A stretch of DNA of 64,000 bases from positions 17,484,001 to 17,548,000 of the forward strand of contig NC_087436.1 of the NCBI RefSeq assembly GCF_036321535.1, read 5' to 3'. A program made the translations under genes and the position numbers. Source of the DNA: Camelus dromedarius (lineage: Eukaryota). This document shows positions 40,111-53,190 of this stretch, piece by piece. How positions within the stretch are numbered: the first letter of the stretch is position 1; each line of letters opens with the position of its first letter. Below the pieces are notes generated by a model. That model was not told the origin of the DNA. It searched no databases and saw only the letters and a program-made list of their open reading frames with translations.

Positions 40111-41479
40111 AGAAACCAATATGTTATTAAAAATGAAAAAAGAACTAATTCAATTAGAAGGAAGCAAGTAAGGAAAGTGGAATCATTTACAGAAGCAGGT
40201 CCTAGTGAATGCCACTTGAGACATACACACTATGTGTGTGTGAAATCACAAATCACAGACTCATAAAAGAGAACTGTGGAGCCAGAATGTTCCTTTGAGT
40301 TCTTCTAGTCCCAACCTATTCAGGCACCAAGGAGTTACATGGCTTTTTTTTTTTTTTTTTAGCTATGTCTGGGAACTCTCAAATCATCTTTGATTATCTC
40401 TGTGATTCACAATCCCAGGGCAAAATATACTTTCCCTATTCTTCAATTAATGCATATTTAAGGATTTTCTGAGGAAAGTCATAAAAATAATAGATGCACT
40501 TAACTGAATATTGTGCCTTTCTTCTAAAGAATCCAAAAACTTTTCTCTTCATTTCTCTCTAAATAATGTGATTTAATATGTGAGAAAAAGGTACCACTAT
40601 TTATATATATATAAATGTAGAGCTAAGGCCCAGGGAGATGCAGCAAAAATTATGCCTTCCCTTTTTTTTCAGAAAATGAATCTTCTCACATAAAGTTATA
40701 CATGCACTTTGAGCATTTTCCTTAGTCATTGTCATGAGTTTACAGTGAATTTCATAATTATACCAACAGCCTCAACCTTACCAAATCCTTCTTGAATACT
40801 TTGGACCTATTTTGATGTGCTATTATTATATATACATACATACGCATACACACACACGTATAAGTGGCCTTTTGGAATTTATACTGCTGTGTTCATACTG
40901 ACCAATTTCATTAGCATTCTCATATTGAGCATTATAAATCCACATAATGACTGGCAAGGATTAGGGGTCCAGTCTGTGATCATGAAACAAAGAAAAGCTT
41001 ACTCCACACTGAGATCAAATGGATAACTTAGTCTCATTAATGTCTTTATTAATAAAGCTAACTAATTGTCATAAAACAGAAATGCAACAAAAGGTAAGCT
41101 CAAGGCATCTGATATCTAACTAGTAGCTCTCAACTTTATCAAGTGGTACCATAAAATATACACTGAGTTTACCATTAATAATTACTATATTTTGTGAATC
41201 ATTTTCAAGACTTCAATCTCTAAACAAGATTAATTTATGTTTTTGCTATAAATCTGCTACTTATAATTCTATTCATTGGTCTATTTCAGACTGAATTTCT
41301 CTGATTTGAAGACTTTCATTCTATAGACAGTGGTAACTAAGGCATTTAGAGAATGTTAAGTGCTTACTCAAAGTCAGACTTTAATAAAATGGTAAGCTGC
41401 TATCATTTGAATCCATTTAAGCTTGGTTTAATTTAAAGCTGTTAATTTTAGACTGTATAAAATCACTTCCCAAGAAATT

Positions 41480-41640
41480 AGCAAATACTAATGAATGATT
41501 ACTATGTGTTAAGCACAGACTAAGCTCTAAGTAATTTTATTATCTCATTTGAACTTCACAACAACCCCATGAAGATATCATCAGGAGATTGTCCCCATTT
41601 TATAGATGAGAAAATCAGTAACATAGAGTTAAAGATATGA
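41480..41640 (-). mobile_element. MIR
   Basis: TCACAACAAACCCCATGAAG...CCCCATTTTATAGATGAGAAAA. Confidence 0.75.
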
Positions 41641-41859
41641 TTTAGCTTATGTCTATAACTAAATCTCCCCCTCTGTGTAGTCAGTTAGGGGATCATCTAC
41701 AGAGTTTAAGGGCACTCTTTACACGCATGTGCTCACACACCCCGCTGCCTTACATGGGCACGCTACTCCATCATTAGAGGGTAAGTCCTTTGAGCTAAAG
41801 CATCATGTCTTCAGTAATCATAGCTAAAATATAAATGACTCTAAAACAGGTAACACACC

Positions 41860-42268
41860 ACCTCAAGTCAGGCACACAAGAAGCAGAACCCAACAGGGAT
41901 TTATGTGGAAGAGATGTACACACTTCCAGGGGATATCAGTAAGGATGAAGAGAACAGGAGAGGAACAGGGAAGAGGCCAAGCATTCTCTATGCCTGATTC
42001 AAAAGAGGAACCTTGAAGAGTAAGCTTTGTCTCAGCACTGTCCCTGACTCAAGGTAAGAGAGCCAGCCTTTCATAATCTTGCACTCCTCAGCGGTTCTTT
42101 AAAGCCTACTCTAGAAGGATGTAAATCTCTAGATTCTTGTGGGCAAAGAGATTCTGAAGTGACAGACACTGCTTACTGAAAGTGAAAGCACACAAAGCCA
42201 GGAGTCCCCCAAAATGGGATGAAGGGACTGATGGGATCCTGGGTGGAGCACCAATATTGTCTGCACAC
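41860..42268 (-). mobile_element. ERVL-type LTR (LTR41/LTR16-like)
   Basis: AGAAGCAGAACCC...GGGAAGAGGCCAAGCA...GGGATCCTGGGTGGAGCACCAATATTGTCTGCACA. Confidence 0.55.
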
Positions 42269-42719
42269 ACATTGAGCCTATTCATTTATTAGCATCTCCA
42301 AAAGAAAAAACATATGTTCCTGAGGGAAGAAGAAATGGGCTGGGCGTTTCTGTTTGAAGGCAGAAAGAAGAAATGGAAAGTCAGCCAGGGTTCATGGTTT
42401 GAGAAGGCGTAAAGACATTGAGGGAATGGTCCTTGGGGCCATTCCAACCTTGGGGGAGGACCAAGGCTGCGAATGGAAGTTAGAGAAGAAAGAGCACATG
42501 CAATGACCACCACAATTTGACTTAGTCTTCTGTGGTCTCTCTTTGGTGATTAAGTTTTCTAAAATCTCAGCAGCCTTCCAAGGAGAGTTGCTATTCACAT
42601 TCATGGGACTTTGATTATCATCATAACTGCTAACTTGGTTTTTTATACTCAGAAGAAAACACAATAGTATTTATTTTAATATAAGCATACATTTAAAAAT
42701 ATTATAAGCCTACTAAATA

Positions 42720-44770
42720 AAGAAAAATAGCAAAATAGAGAATCCAGAAACAGAAACACATAAATATAGTTATCTGGTCTTTGACAAAGGAGCAAAGACA
42801 ATACAAAAGAAAAAAGACAGCCTTTTCAAGAAATGATGCTGGAACAACTGGACATCCACATGCAAAACAAACGAATCTAAATACTGACTATACACTCTAC
42901 ACAAAAGTTAACTCAAAATGGATCACAGACTTAAATATAAAATACAAGATTATAAGACTTCTAGAAGATAACATAGGAGAAAATTTAGATGACCTTGGGT
43001 ATGGCAGTGACTTTACAGACACAACAAAGGCACAATCCATGAAAGAAGTAACTGATAAGCTGGCCTTTAGTAAAATTAAAACTTCTGCTCTGTGAAAGGC
43101 AATGTCAAGAGAATGAGAAGACAAGCCATAAGACAGGGAGAAAATAGTTGCAAAAGACACATCTGATAAAGGACTGTCATATGAAACATACAAAGAACTC
43201 TATCTCAAAAAACTAAAACTAGAACTACCATATGGTCCAGCATTCCCACTTCTAAGAACAGATCCAAAGGAAACAAAAAACACTAATTGAAAAAGATATC
43301 TGCACTCCCATGTTCACAGCAACATTGTTTACAATAGTCAAGACATGGAAATAACAGTGCCCATCAATGGATGAATGGATAAAGAAGATGTTGTGTGTGT
43401 GTATCTGTGTGTGTGTGTGTGTGGAATACTATTCAGCCATAAAAATGAGGAAATTCTATCATTTACAACAACATGGATGGACCTTGAGGGCATTATGCAA
43501 AGCAAAGTAAGTCAGAGAAAGATAAATATTATATGATCTTACTTATATGTAGAATCTAAATGAAATAAGTAAAAAAGTAAATAAATAAATAAATAACAAG
43601 CTCATAGAAGAAGAGATCAGATTTGTAGTTGCCCGAGGTGGGGATTGAAGGGAGGGGGAATTGGGGGAAGATGGTAAAAAGGTATAAACTTCCAGTTCTG
43701 AGATAAATAAGTACTAGAGATGTAATATACAATTTGATGACTGTAGTTAACATGATACATAGAAAAGTTAAGAGAGTAGATCCTAAGAGTTCTCATCACA
43801 AGGAGAAATTTTTCTTTTCTTTTTATCATATTGATACGAGATGATGGATATTAATCAACTCTATTGTGGTAATCATTTCACAACATATGTAAATGAAACC
43901 ATCACGCTGTACACCTTAAACCTATGCAGTGATGGATGTTAATTATTTCTCAATAAAACTGGGGGTGGGGGAGAGAGCCCTGCGAGGACTCCCCACAGCA
44001 AAATTCTATAATTAAAAAAAAAACAAAAAACCTCACCAAAGAAGATATAGAAATGGCAAACAAGCATATGGAATGATGTTCCACGTCATATGTCATCAGG
44101 GAAATGCCAATTAAAACAACAACAAGATGTCACTGTATATTTATTAGAATGGCCAAAATCCAGAGTACTGACAACATCAAGTGCTGGTGAGAGTGTGGGG
44201 CAACAGGAACTCTCATTAATTGCTGGTGGGAATGCAAACTGGTACAGTCACTTAGGAAGATAGTTTAGCAGTTTCTTATAAACTAAACATTCTTTTACCA
44301 TATGATCCAGCAATCATGTTCTTTGTTATCTACTAAAAGACACTGAAAATTAATGCTCACACAAAAACTTGCACATAGATATTTATAGCAACTTTATTTA
44401 TAACTGCTAAAACTTGAAAGCAACCAAGACGTCCTACAGTAGGTAGATGGATAAATAAACTGTGGTACATCCAGACAATGGAATGTTGTTCAGGGCTAAA
44501 AAGAAATGAGCTGTCAAGCCATGAAAAGACAAGGCAAAAATATAAATGCATATCGCTAAGTGAAAGAAGTCAATCCAAAAGACTACATACTGTATGTTTC
44601 CAATTAAGTGACATGCTGGAAAAGAAAAATTATGGAGATAGTAAAAAAAAAAAAATCAATGTCTCTAATTGTTGGCCTAGGGTGTGGGAGGGATGAATAG
44701 GTGGAGAACAGGGGATGTTTAGGGTAGTGAAACCAGTGTATAGGATACTAGAATGGTGGAAAATACATCT
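42720..44770 (+). mobile_element. L1MC1-like ORF2 end/3'UTR with a nested younger L1 3' end (~43203-43960)
   Basis: ORF 42781..43095 YTKVNSKWITDLNIKYKIIRLLEDNIGENLDDLG; GAAATGAGCTGTCAAGCCATGAAAAGAC; the L1 3' region appears twice. Confidence 0.85.
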
Positions 44771-44887
44771 GTAATGACTGCTCTTCAGAGAAGCCAACAT
44801 TTAGAGCTATTCTCTTCTTATTCTTGAAATCTCAAATTATGGAAATATTACAGAGTTTACGTGATGGTGGAAAAATATATTTTGTAC

Positions 44888-45016
44888 CTGCTTTCAGAAA
44901 CTGTTACATGTACACATTAATCATGTTTGGGATGATTTATTTCTGCGTTCATGCTGGCCAATTTTATTAGTGTTTGGTTTGGCTGAATGGAAGAAAATCT
45001 GCTTTCTATTTCACCT
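44888..45016 (-). pseudogene. Pseudo-exon, phase 2-2 (GEIESRFSSIQPNQTLIKLASMNAEINHPKHD*CVHVTVSES)
   Basis: CTAAC branch point + TCTTCTTTTTACAG| acceptor, CAG|GTACAA donor, single TAA. Confidence 0.55.
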
Positions 45017-46349
45017 CTGTAAAAAGAAGAGTTAGATTCGTGCTGACTTGTGTAAAGATTATATAGCCCTGCTTTCTCCCCAGTATGAGGCACTTCCTCA
45101 TTCACCCTTAGTCTAGGGTCTCTATACCCTCTACGAAATCTCTTAATCGAGGTCTATTCAAGTTAGACCTTTAGTTTGTTTTCCAAATTCATCAGAATCT
45201 TCAATGCCGATGACGGGAATATTTCATGATCACCATATGGTACTTGTCACCATTCCCCACTTTCTTACTTAGTGTTTGGTGCTGACCTCAAATAATTTTA
45301 CCATTGAGACTGCTACCTTCGTTTCCGCCATCCTCTACACTGCTACCATTAGCCTAGCCCCATGCACAGCCCCAAAGCCGCCTTCCTTTGACCACTGACA
45401 CATTACTGGCCCATTATTCCCAAATACAACCACGTTCCTTTAGCCCACAAAGCAAAAGCCCTTCCTCTTTGCAATTGTTGTTCAACTCCAAACATTCAGA
45501 AAGCTTTCTCAACGCCCTCTCCCAAAATATTGCCTCAAATTTTGCAAAATGGTCAACAAAGTATTTCTTTCATGACCACTACTACCCTGGCTTCCCTGAG
45601 GGCAGGGTTCACGTTCAGTAATTCCTAATACCAAATAAGAGTCCATCAACAAGAGCCCTAAATAATTCTGCTTGGCTTTACTATGTCATTTTGGCCACAC
45701 TATTTTGATTTTCTTTTTCAAGTGGGAGTACTTCTGAGATAGAGTTTCAGGGTTTTTTCCCCTCCACTTCCAATGTTCAAACTTCCACCGTTTTCCAGCA
45801 GTTCTGCTCAAGAGCAAATAGTTTAGTGAAAATCCCATCTTTCTTCTATGTATTTATGTACCTACAATGTTTCAGCCTTGTGACATATATTTGGCTAACC
45901 ACGCCGAGCACTGTTTTCTGTAGACTTGGTCCTGTGGTCCCTTTCTTACAGTAGATTCATGTGAATAATTAAAGGTAGGTCTAGCTTCAATTAACTCAAA
46001 ATGTTCTAAGATTGCTGGCCAAGTTACTGATTTTAAATGGTTCAGACTATTTTAAAACATATGGATGAAGAGTAAGACATCAATCTGCTGGATATTTAGT
46101 CTACATGAGAGCAATGGTTGAGATTTTCAGCTCAATTTTTTATACTCTCTACAGATATTCCTGCTGCTATAGATACAACTGACTATGGAGATTTGAAGTT
46201 TCCAACAGCATGTTGAATAGAATGTTTTCCTTTTCTCATGCTCTTTTACACCCTACTTCATCTGGCAAATAAGCAGGGACGAGAACTTTGGTTCTGTGGC
46301 TGTGTGAGAAGCCGGTTCTTGTAGCATGAGTGAGAGGAGAGGGCCACAG

Positions 46350-46620
46350 GTTTTACTGTACTGGTTTGGATCTTAGACTTTGAAATTAGACATGGCCTAA
46401 AAGTCCGGGCTCTGTCAATCAACCATGAACCCAGGGCAAGTTTTTTTTTTTTTTAACATCTTCATACTTATTTATACTCTTTGCTTATCTGTTAAATGAG
46501 GACAACACCAATACCCATTTCCAGAATTTTTATAAGTATTAAATGAGGTCATGGATGTAAAGTATGTAACTTGGTGCTTAGATAAATCAATGATTAGTAA
46601 GTGTAAATTACTATTATTCT
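46350..46620 (+). mobile_element. MIR
   Basis: CAGGGCAAGTT...TTGCTTATCTGTTAAATGAGGAC...ATTAAATGAG. Confidence 0.65.
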
Positions 46621-46716
46621 TGGCACCACCTTTATTCTCTATGCTCTACATATTCAAATCTCAGTGAAGCTCTAAGTAAAACATGGCAGAAAAAAAACTA
46701 TGGAAACTGTTGTTGG

Positions 46717-47092
46717 AATACCATATGATATCACTTACATGTAGAATCTTAAAAAAAAAAAAGACAAATGAATTTATTTGCAAAACAGAAATAGACTCAC
46801 AGATATAGAAAACAAACTTTTGGTTACAGCGGCGGGGAAGAGGGTGGGAAGGGATAAATTGAGAGTTCAAGACTTGCAGACACTAATAATATATAAAAAA
46901 TAGATGAACAACAAGTTTATACTGTGTAGCACCAGGAACTATATTCAATATCTTGTAGTAACTTACGGTGTAAGAGAATATGAAAACGAATTATATGTAT
47001 GTTCCTATATGACTGAAGCCCTGTGCTATACACCAGAAATTGACACAACATTGTAAACTGACTATACTTCAATAAGAATTTTTTTAAAAATT
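46717..47092 (+). mobile_element. Lineage-specific L1 3' end
   Basis: AATACCATATGATATCACTTACATGTAGAATC...CCAGAAATTGACACAACATTGTAAACTGACTATACTTCAATAA. Confidence 0.85.
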
Positions 47093-47163
47093 TAACCCTA
47101 AGAAAAAAAACCAACTTATTTTTACAAAATAAAGATGCAGAAGCTTGATACATACTCATTAGG

Positions 47164-47297
47164 CAGGTTGACTGTATAATTTATCATTCTAATTGAGACC
47201 CTTTGGAGAATGAAGGGAAAGCTATTAGTAATTACTCCAGGACAAAAGCATTAACAAAGACCATCTCAGGGCTGAACCAGGAGTTAGGGTCACCCTC
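47164..47297. mobile_element. MER94-like non-autonomous hAT-Blackjack element
   Basis: TIRs CAGGTTGAC...GGTCACCCT, 134 bp, 8-bp TSD TCATTAGG/TCATTAGA. Confidence 0.75.
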
Positions 47298-48079
47298 TCA
47301 TTAGACCACTCTGCTTTCTGGTATTCTAAAATAACAGACACCAGAAAAGGAAAGCTTCAGCTCTGGCATTTCCTATATGATATAATCCTTGAATCCCTAG
47401 ATAGTACAGAAAAAATAGTTGAAGCTCCCAAATTACCAAGATAACAGCTGAACATCTAGAAACACAGAATGAAATTCAAAATAATGAGTTTGTGGAAAGG
47501 ACGCAATTTTAACCTCAAAATCCTGGGTCAAATTCTAGTTTTGGATTTAAATCTGCATGTAACCTGGGGAAGTCAGAGTGTCTGACCATTTGTTTCCTCA
47601 CCTGCAGATAGTACCAATGATGATGATAATAATAAATCTACCCAATCATCACAATATATGAAAAGCTGCATTATACAGTATAAAGCAATAAACAATAATC
47701 TGTTACCCAAATTAGTTATTTGGGGGAATTTCTTGAAGATCCTATCATGATTCTGTTTCTTTGAGAAATGAAGAGAAAAACAAGAAGGTTTATGACCTGC
47801 AAAAACTATAAGAATAGTAACAATGCAGTTACTTTGCAATGATTGCTGAAGTGATCCTGGAATCTTTTAGTTATTATTAAAACATGTCCTTCAGCAAAAT
47901 GCGGAATTGACTCAATAAATATCACGGCTTCACTTTTTAAAGTGGGTCTTAAAAATAATTAAACCAGTATGAAATAAATCCTTTTTTAAGAGACTAGGTT
48001 TCCAGTGGTTTAACTCAAATAGAACCTGTAGGTTCTATTAGCAAAGGTAAAAATGTTTCCTCTGCCTCTATTTCTTCTA

Positions 48080-48245
48080 ACTCCATGGTTTTCAGTTCTA
48101 CAAAACATTTGAATTGCCTGAGGGGCTTTTAAACACTAGAGATGCCCTCCTCAACCAATTAAATCCTAATCTCTGAGGTGTGGGGCCTCTGTTGGTATTT
48201 TGTGAAAACTTCTGAGTGATTCTGACGGACAATGGGATTTGATGC
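48080..48245. mobile_element. MER5A-like hAT-Charlie element
   Basis: GAATTGCCTGAGGGGCTTTTAAA...AATCTCTGAGGTGTGGGGCC...GAGTGATTCTGA. Confidence 0.6.
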
Positions 48246-48548
48246 CTTAATTCAGTAGCCAAATGTGAAAAGAAGAGCCTTTGAGCAACCATTTACCCCT
48301 ACAACCCTCAAGGCATCACTCCTTTAACCAACCTCCATCAGCTCTTTCCTAACACTTCAGGCTCCAGAATCCCAGAACCTTAAACCTCTTTCTCTTTACT
48401 TTGTTCCTAATCAAAATCCCCTAAAAGGAAAGTTTCTGATAAATCCATTCATATCAAAGGGTAATCATTGATAAAACAAAGTATTAATCCTCTTAATGGT
48501 GCTTACATGTTACAAGAAACTGAACATTAAGGTAAAGTAAGAACATAC

Positions 48549-48669
48549 TGAAGGTGAAAATAGATACCAGGCCAATATATCAGGAAGTGATTTCTGAGCA
48601 TTTCTGGACCTTTCCAGTGTTCCAGACATCACACTAAGGCTGCGCTACTCCGTCTGCCTGGGTCCAGCC
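48549..48669 (-). pseudogene. Pseudo-exon, phase 1-2
   Basis: TTTGTAG| acceptor, |GTATGT donor, in-frame TGA. Confidence 0.4.
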
Positions 48670-49143
48670 CTACAAAGTCGATGCAGGCATCAGTTCACGA
48701 ATACGGCAAATAGTCCAAATTAATAAACTAATATAATATTTGATTCATACCTTTTATTTTCTAGACATTGTTAGGTGTTTTCACATTATCTTCAATCTCA
48801 TACCCCTGATGGGAAGTTCAGAATTGTTATTCTCATTTTACTTAGTGAAAATATGAGGCCCAGAGAGTGAAGTCAATCCTGCAGATACAGATAAGGAGCT
48901 GTCGCTTCCATGTGACTTCACACCCCAGCTCCTCCTGCTCCCCACACTTCTGCCCCACAGGTGATCACTTCTCTAGAAGTGACTAAGGCCACAGTAAAGC
49001 GAATTTAGAACAAAAAAGAGAAAACATGCTAGGGAGGTAGATAAACCCTGTAGAAATTTAGAGCTTTTCCTTTTTTGTTGTTTTGTTTTGTTTTGTTTTC
49101 TATATTTTAAAGCCAGCTATCATGGGGAAATGCAAACAGGTTC

Positions 49144-49293
49144 CATCTAAAAAATGTTTATTAGCTTTTTCAACCTCTTCTGTTTCTGCTGTCACTTCAG
49201 ATGTTGTGGGGACATCAGTAAGTCCCCACAAACTGCCCTTGGCAGAAAAACCCTTTATGGTGACATCATAAGCATCACATTTAGTGTAATCGT
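49144..49293 (-). pseudogene. Pseudo-exon, phase 1-1 (DYTKCDAYDVTIKGFSAKGSLWGLTDVPTTSEVTAETEEVEKANKHFLD)
   Basis: CTTGTGCCCTTAG| acceptor, 49 open codons; inferred donor reads GA instead of GT. Confidence 0.45.
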
Positions 49294-50099
49294 CTAAGGG
49301 CACAAGCAAGAATCCACATCATCTCAGGATAAAAAGGGAAACAAGTGATTTGTATATTCTATACCTAAGCCAATCTGTTAAAGAACATCCAGGTACACTT
49401 GATTATGTACTGGTCTAATGTTGTAGAGAAAAGATCATCCACTCACCCAGGTGAATGGTTTACACCAAACAAGTCAGCTAGAATCCTGGCATATGGATCA
49501 TTTTTAAGGCTAACTCAGAGACTGGAAAATGAGTGCAAATAATTTGTTACATGATGAATTGTGTTTTTATTCTTTAATGCCGATTTAGAGTTTTGCATTT
49601 AGGCAATTGATACTGAATTTCTTAGTGTTTGTTGCTAAAGATTTAGATTTTAAAATTGCTTATGACATAAGAGGGACCACATTTAAGTGTCAGATTACAT
49701 TATAAGGTAAATGTGCACGTAGGACAGACTTACCAGACAGAATTATTTTGAAGGAAGAGAAAAGAGAAAGAAGGAGGAATAAAAAAAGATATACCCGTTG
49801 GGCAAAGAATAAGAAGTTTCTCACATCATACATTCCTTTTGTCCGAGAAAGATCAAAGCTAAGTTTTAAGAGGAACAAATAGCTTTGGTCTTGCTTTCAG
49901 TAAGTAAAAGGAGGACAGACTGCCTAAATGGGAGACTCAGAGACAGAGTAAGCTTTACTGTGCAAGGAGAGACGAAAAAGATGGTACAGAAAATGGTAAT
50001 ATCTAAGCAGGCAATATAAGTAAATAGACATACAGGGTGTGGCAAATCCAAGAGAGTTTTGAAACGAGCAGGAAAAACAACTTCGAATAGTATAAAGAC

Positions 50100-51550
50100 A
50101 TAAAAAGAAGTAAAGCGGACGTAGTGTTGACTTGGTGTCATGATATAGACTCACTGAGTGTGAGTCTGTTGCTGCAGCTAGAATAGGAAACTATGGAGTA
50201 CGTGATGACAGAACTCTCAGTGACAGATCACAAAGCAAATGGCCTTAGGAAGGACGATGAGAACCAGACATCAGGGAGGGTGCTGGAATGAGCACGTGGC
50301 AGGGGGCCAGCCGCAAACATATTTAGTCTTGGTGGCAGTTGAACCTTCAGGGACGGCTCAACAATCCTTTTGTAGGGGCAAAACATAAGCCTGATGCCCT
50401 TAAAAGTCGATTAAGTTCTTCATCCCAAAGTAAAAAACAAACGTTACACAATGGGCAAACAATGCTGAACGTTCACTTCCTCTCACTCCGTAGTTAAGCT
50501 ACTCACTCGGGATAACGTTACTCTACGGCCAGGCACTGAAGTCAGGAAGTAGTTTATTTTCACTGAAACTGAAGGGGGAAGTCAGAGAGAAAAACAGCTG
50601 CCACTAGATCAAGCCGGGAAAGCCAGGTACCAATACAGAGAGCGAGTTAAAGAGAAAGCCAGCCCAGATTTGCTGCCAGCTAAATTTTGCCCACCCATAT
50701 AACACGAAGACCCCAGCAGTATTCATCTACACATGGTATAAAAGACAAAAGTTGAATTGATCACTGAGGCTTTCTGTGTCGGAGGGCAAAGTTAGCTGCA
50801 GGAGCAATGGGGTTCTGAGGGAGACCACTTGAAAAACCAAAGCAAAACAGACTGAGTCACTGGATTTCTCCAAGTAGGAGTGGGTGAGGACCAGGGCTGG
50901 GGTGGGAGGGTACTGATGGCCAGAACGGGGAGGAGAGAAGTGGGGAGCGAGGGTTTTTGAGATGGAAGGCAGGGAATGCGGACAAAGGGAGAAAAAACTG
51001 CTTGTTTTAAATCAGTATTTCTCAAAGAGGATGCCATGCTCCCCCAGGGATATCCCCGGGGATTCACAGGAACAGAGCTGCAACAGTCCTAAAGTCTGTC
51101 CAGCAAGGGCGGCTTTAGATTTGCAGCACAATCTCTTCCTTTGCATCACAGGCTTCCTTCTCTTTTTCTGGAACCGTAAGGCCTGAGTTCCTGCCCACCC
51201 TGCATTCCAGTCACTTCCTACCTTCCCCGGGGTGCTTTCCTCCCTTCTTCAGTGTCAGGAAAAGTAAAAACGTCACCTGCTTCTCCTCCCAACAGCGGAA
51301 TTATTCTCCCACACTTTTATTTTGATAACCAAGTGGTTCAAGGTACGTTTCAGGGTTGTGGAAACCCTCAAAGGGAATAACAGAATGAAAAAGTTTTGAG
51401 AACTGTGCTCCAAGTAAAGAATTGGAGACGAAATCCTGTCACAATGAAAAATTAAACTAAACTGCCGCAAATAAAGCAAAGGATCAACCACTGCCTTGGC
51501 GAGCAAGGAGAGAAAGGCAGATAATGTGGGGCTCGTAATGAGCCAGTTTC
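50100..51550. promoter_or_regulatory. Candidate enhancer (ETS/PU.1, IRF, AP-1, NF-kB-like motifs; CpG-enriched)
   Basis: CACTTCCTCT 50474, CAGGAAGT 50543, GAAACTGAAG 50565, TGAGTCA 50853, TCACTTCC 51211, GGGTGCTTTCC 51230; roughly 30 CpGs by eye. Confidence 0.5.
51277..51366 (-). pseudogene. Pseudo-exon, phase 0 start (GFHNPETYLEPLGYQNKSVGE...)
   Basis: TTCCCTTTGAG| acceptor, CAG|GTGACG donor; stop or frameshift near its 3' end. Confidence 0.45.
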
Positions 51551-52628
51551 TTGCCAATGTCTGAGCCTCTTTCTACTTGGCATCTGCTAGGGAAATGCAA
51601 AGAGAGAATTTATAACCATGCAATAAAACATGCAAAATCAGAAAATAGAAGTTTGGATATGGTGATTCCTAAATTTGAAATTTTTTGTCAGTAACATCTC
51701 CCAGGGTTAAATATACCTACAGGAATAACAGGGTAGGATAAGCCATAGCTCAGTAGGCTACAAGGGCAGGATTTTCTCTTCTTGTGAAGGCTCTGAAGTG
51801 AGTCTTTTCGAATAATTAATACAGTATGATAGCGAAGGGCCTGGGACAAAACCACCATCACTTACCAGTTACATGATCCTGGGAAAGCCAGTCATTCTCT
51901 ATGAGCGTTACTTACGTTGTTAAATGAAGATAATACCTACATCACAGAGATGTAGTGAGGATTATGATTAAAAAAACAGTCATTTTCTGGGTGCTTTCTA
52001 TGTTTTAGGTAGTGTACTAAGTAATTGACATGCATTACCTCATCCCTACAGCTATCAATTACATGGATGTGTGAATGCAGGACAGATGGATGGATGCAAG
52101 GATGGAATGAATTATCAGCTCCCACTTTAGAGATGAGAAAATGAGACCTAGATTAAATACTTTATACAAGGTCCTATGGTTATCTGGTTATTGGAGGAAG
52201 GGACTGATTCCCCCTGACTCCAAAGTCTTGCGCTGTAGTATACTATTACTTTATTACTCTATTACTCGTATCTTGTAGTTCCCATCTCTTTTTATTCTCC
52301 CTCTATCCTGAAAGTCCTACCTGCTGACTCTTACCCCTAACCCCAGCAACTAGGATTTTCAGATTCTCTTTTTCTTTCTCTTCCTAAATCTTTTCTAGTA
52401 AAAAGACCTGAAAATCTCTCTTATTCAACTCATCAAACAATAATGGGATAGGAGCCATGCGCCAGGCACTGGGTTAGATGCTGGAGGAGTTGAATGAAAC
52501 ATGGTTCCTTTTCTCAAATGATTCACACATAATAAATGAAGCTTAAAGCCTTGGGTTCCATCCCATCTCTCCAGCTTCCCACCTCCCCAATCCTCAACCT
52601 CCAGTTTACTCTTCTCTCCCTCTCTCAC

Positions 52629-52780
52629 CCAAAACACTGCAACAATTTTTGCTTTTTCTGTAAGAAGTGAAGAAATGCAGTAGGGTGATGGTTCAACTTT
52701 GGTCGACATGTCTATTTCTTTCGACAGAGGGCCTTTTGGTTGTTCTGAAATCACACCCCTGAGTTGGGATCTTTTTCTGC
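52629..52780 (-). pseudogene. Pseudo-exon, phase 1-0 (RKRSQLRGVISEQPKGPLSKEIDMSTKVEPSPYCISSLLTEKAKIVAVFW)
   Basis: CTTTTCTCATGAG| acceptor, TGG|GTGAGA donor, 50 open codons. Confidence 0.5.
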
Positions 52781-52939
52781 CTCATGAGAAAAGATGTGAT
52801 TTTCAAGGATAATGGCCTGTGTGCTTTTAACTATCTTTGAATCAGAGCAATCATATTCTTCTACCACCAAGTGTTCCCAAAAGTATTTAGAAGCATTGAG
52901 TTTTCTAAACGAGGACTAGACATATACTAGGAAATCATG

Positions 52940-53190
52940 GTCTTCAGTAGAAGTGTGGCTGCTTGGGACAGAAGACTTTGGATTCAGAAAGCCTGGTTTT
53001 TGAGAGTCAGCTCTGCCTCTAAGAGTAGGATCATGGGCAAACTGTTTAACATCTTTGAGCATCATTTCCCTGTCTTTGTAAAATAAACTTTATAATACCT
53101 TTGTTTCATGGTTGTTCCCCCAAATCCAGTAAGATTATGTACAACACTTAGACACATAAGTGGTCAATAAATGGCAGCTGTTATCACTAG
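52940..53190 (+). mobile_element. MIR
   Basis: GACTTTGGATTCAGAAAGCCTGG...GGGCAAACTGTTTAACATCTTTGAGC...CACATAAGTGGTCAATAAATGGCAGCTGTTAT. Confidence 0.8.
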
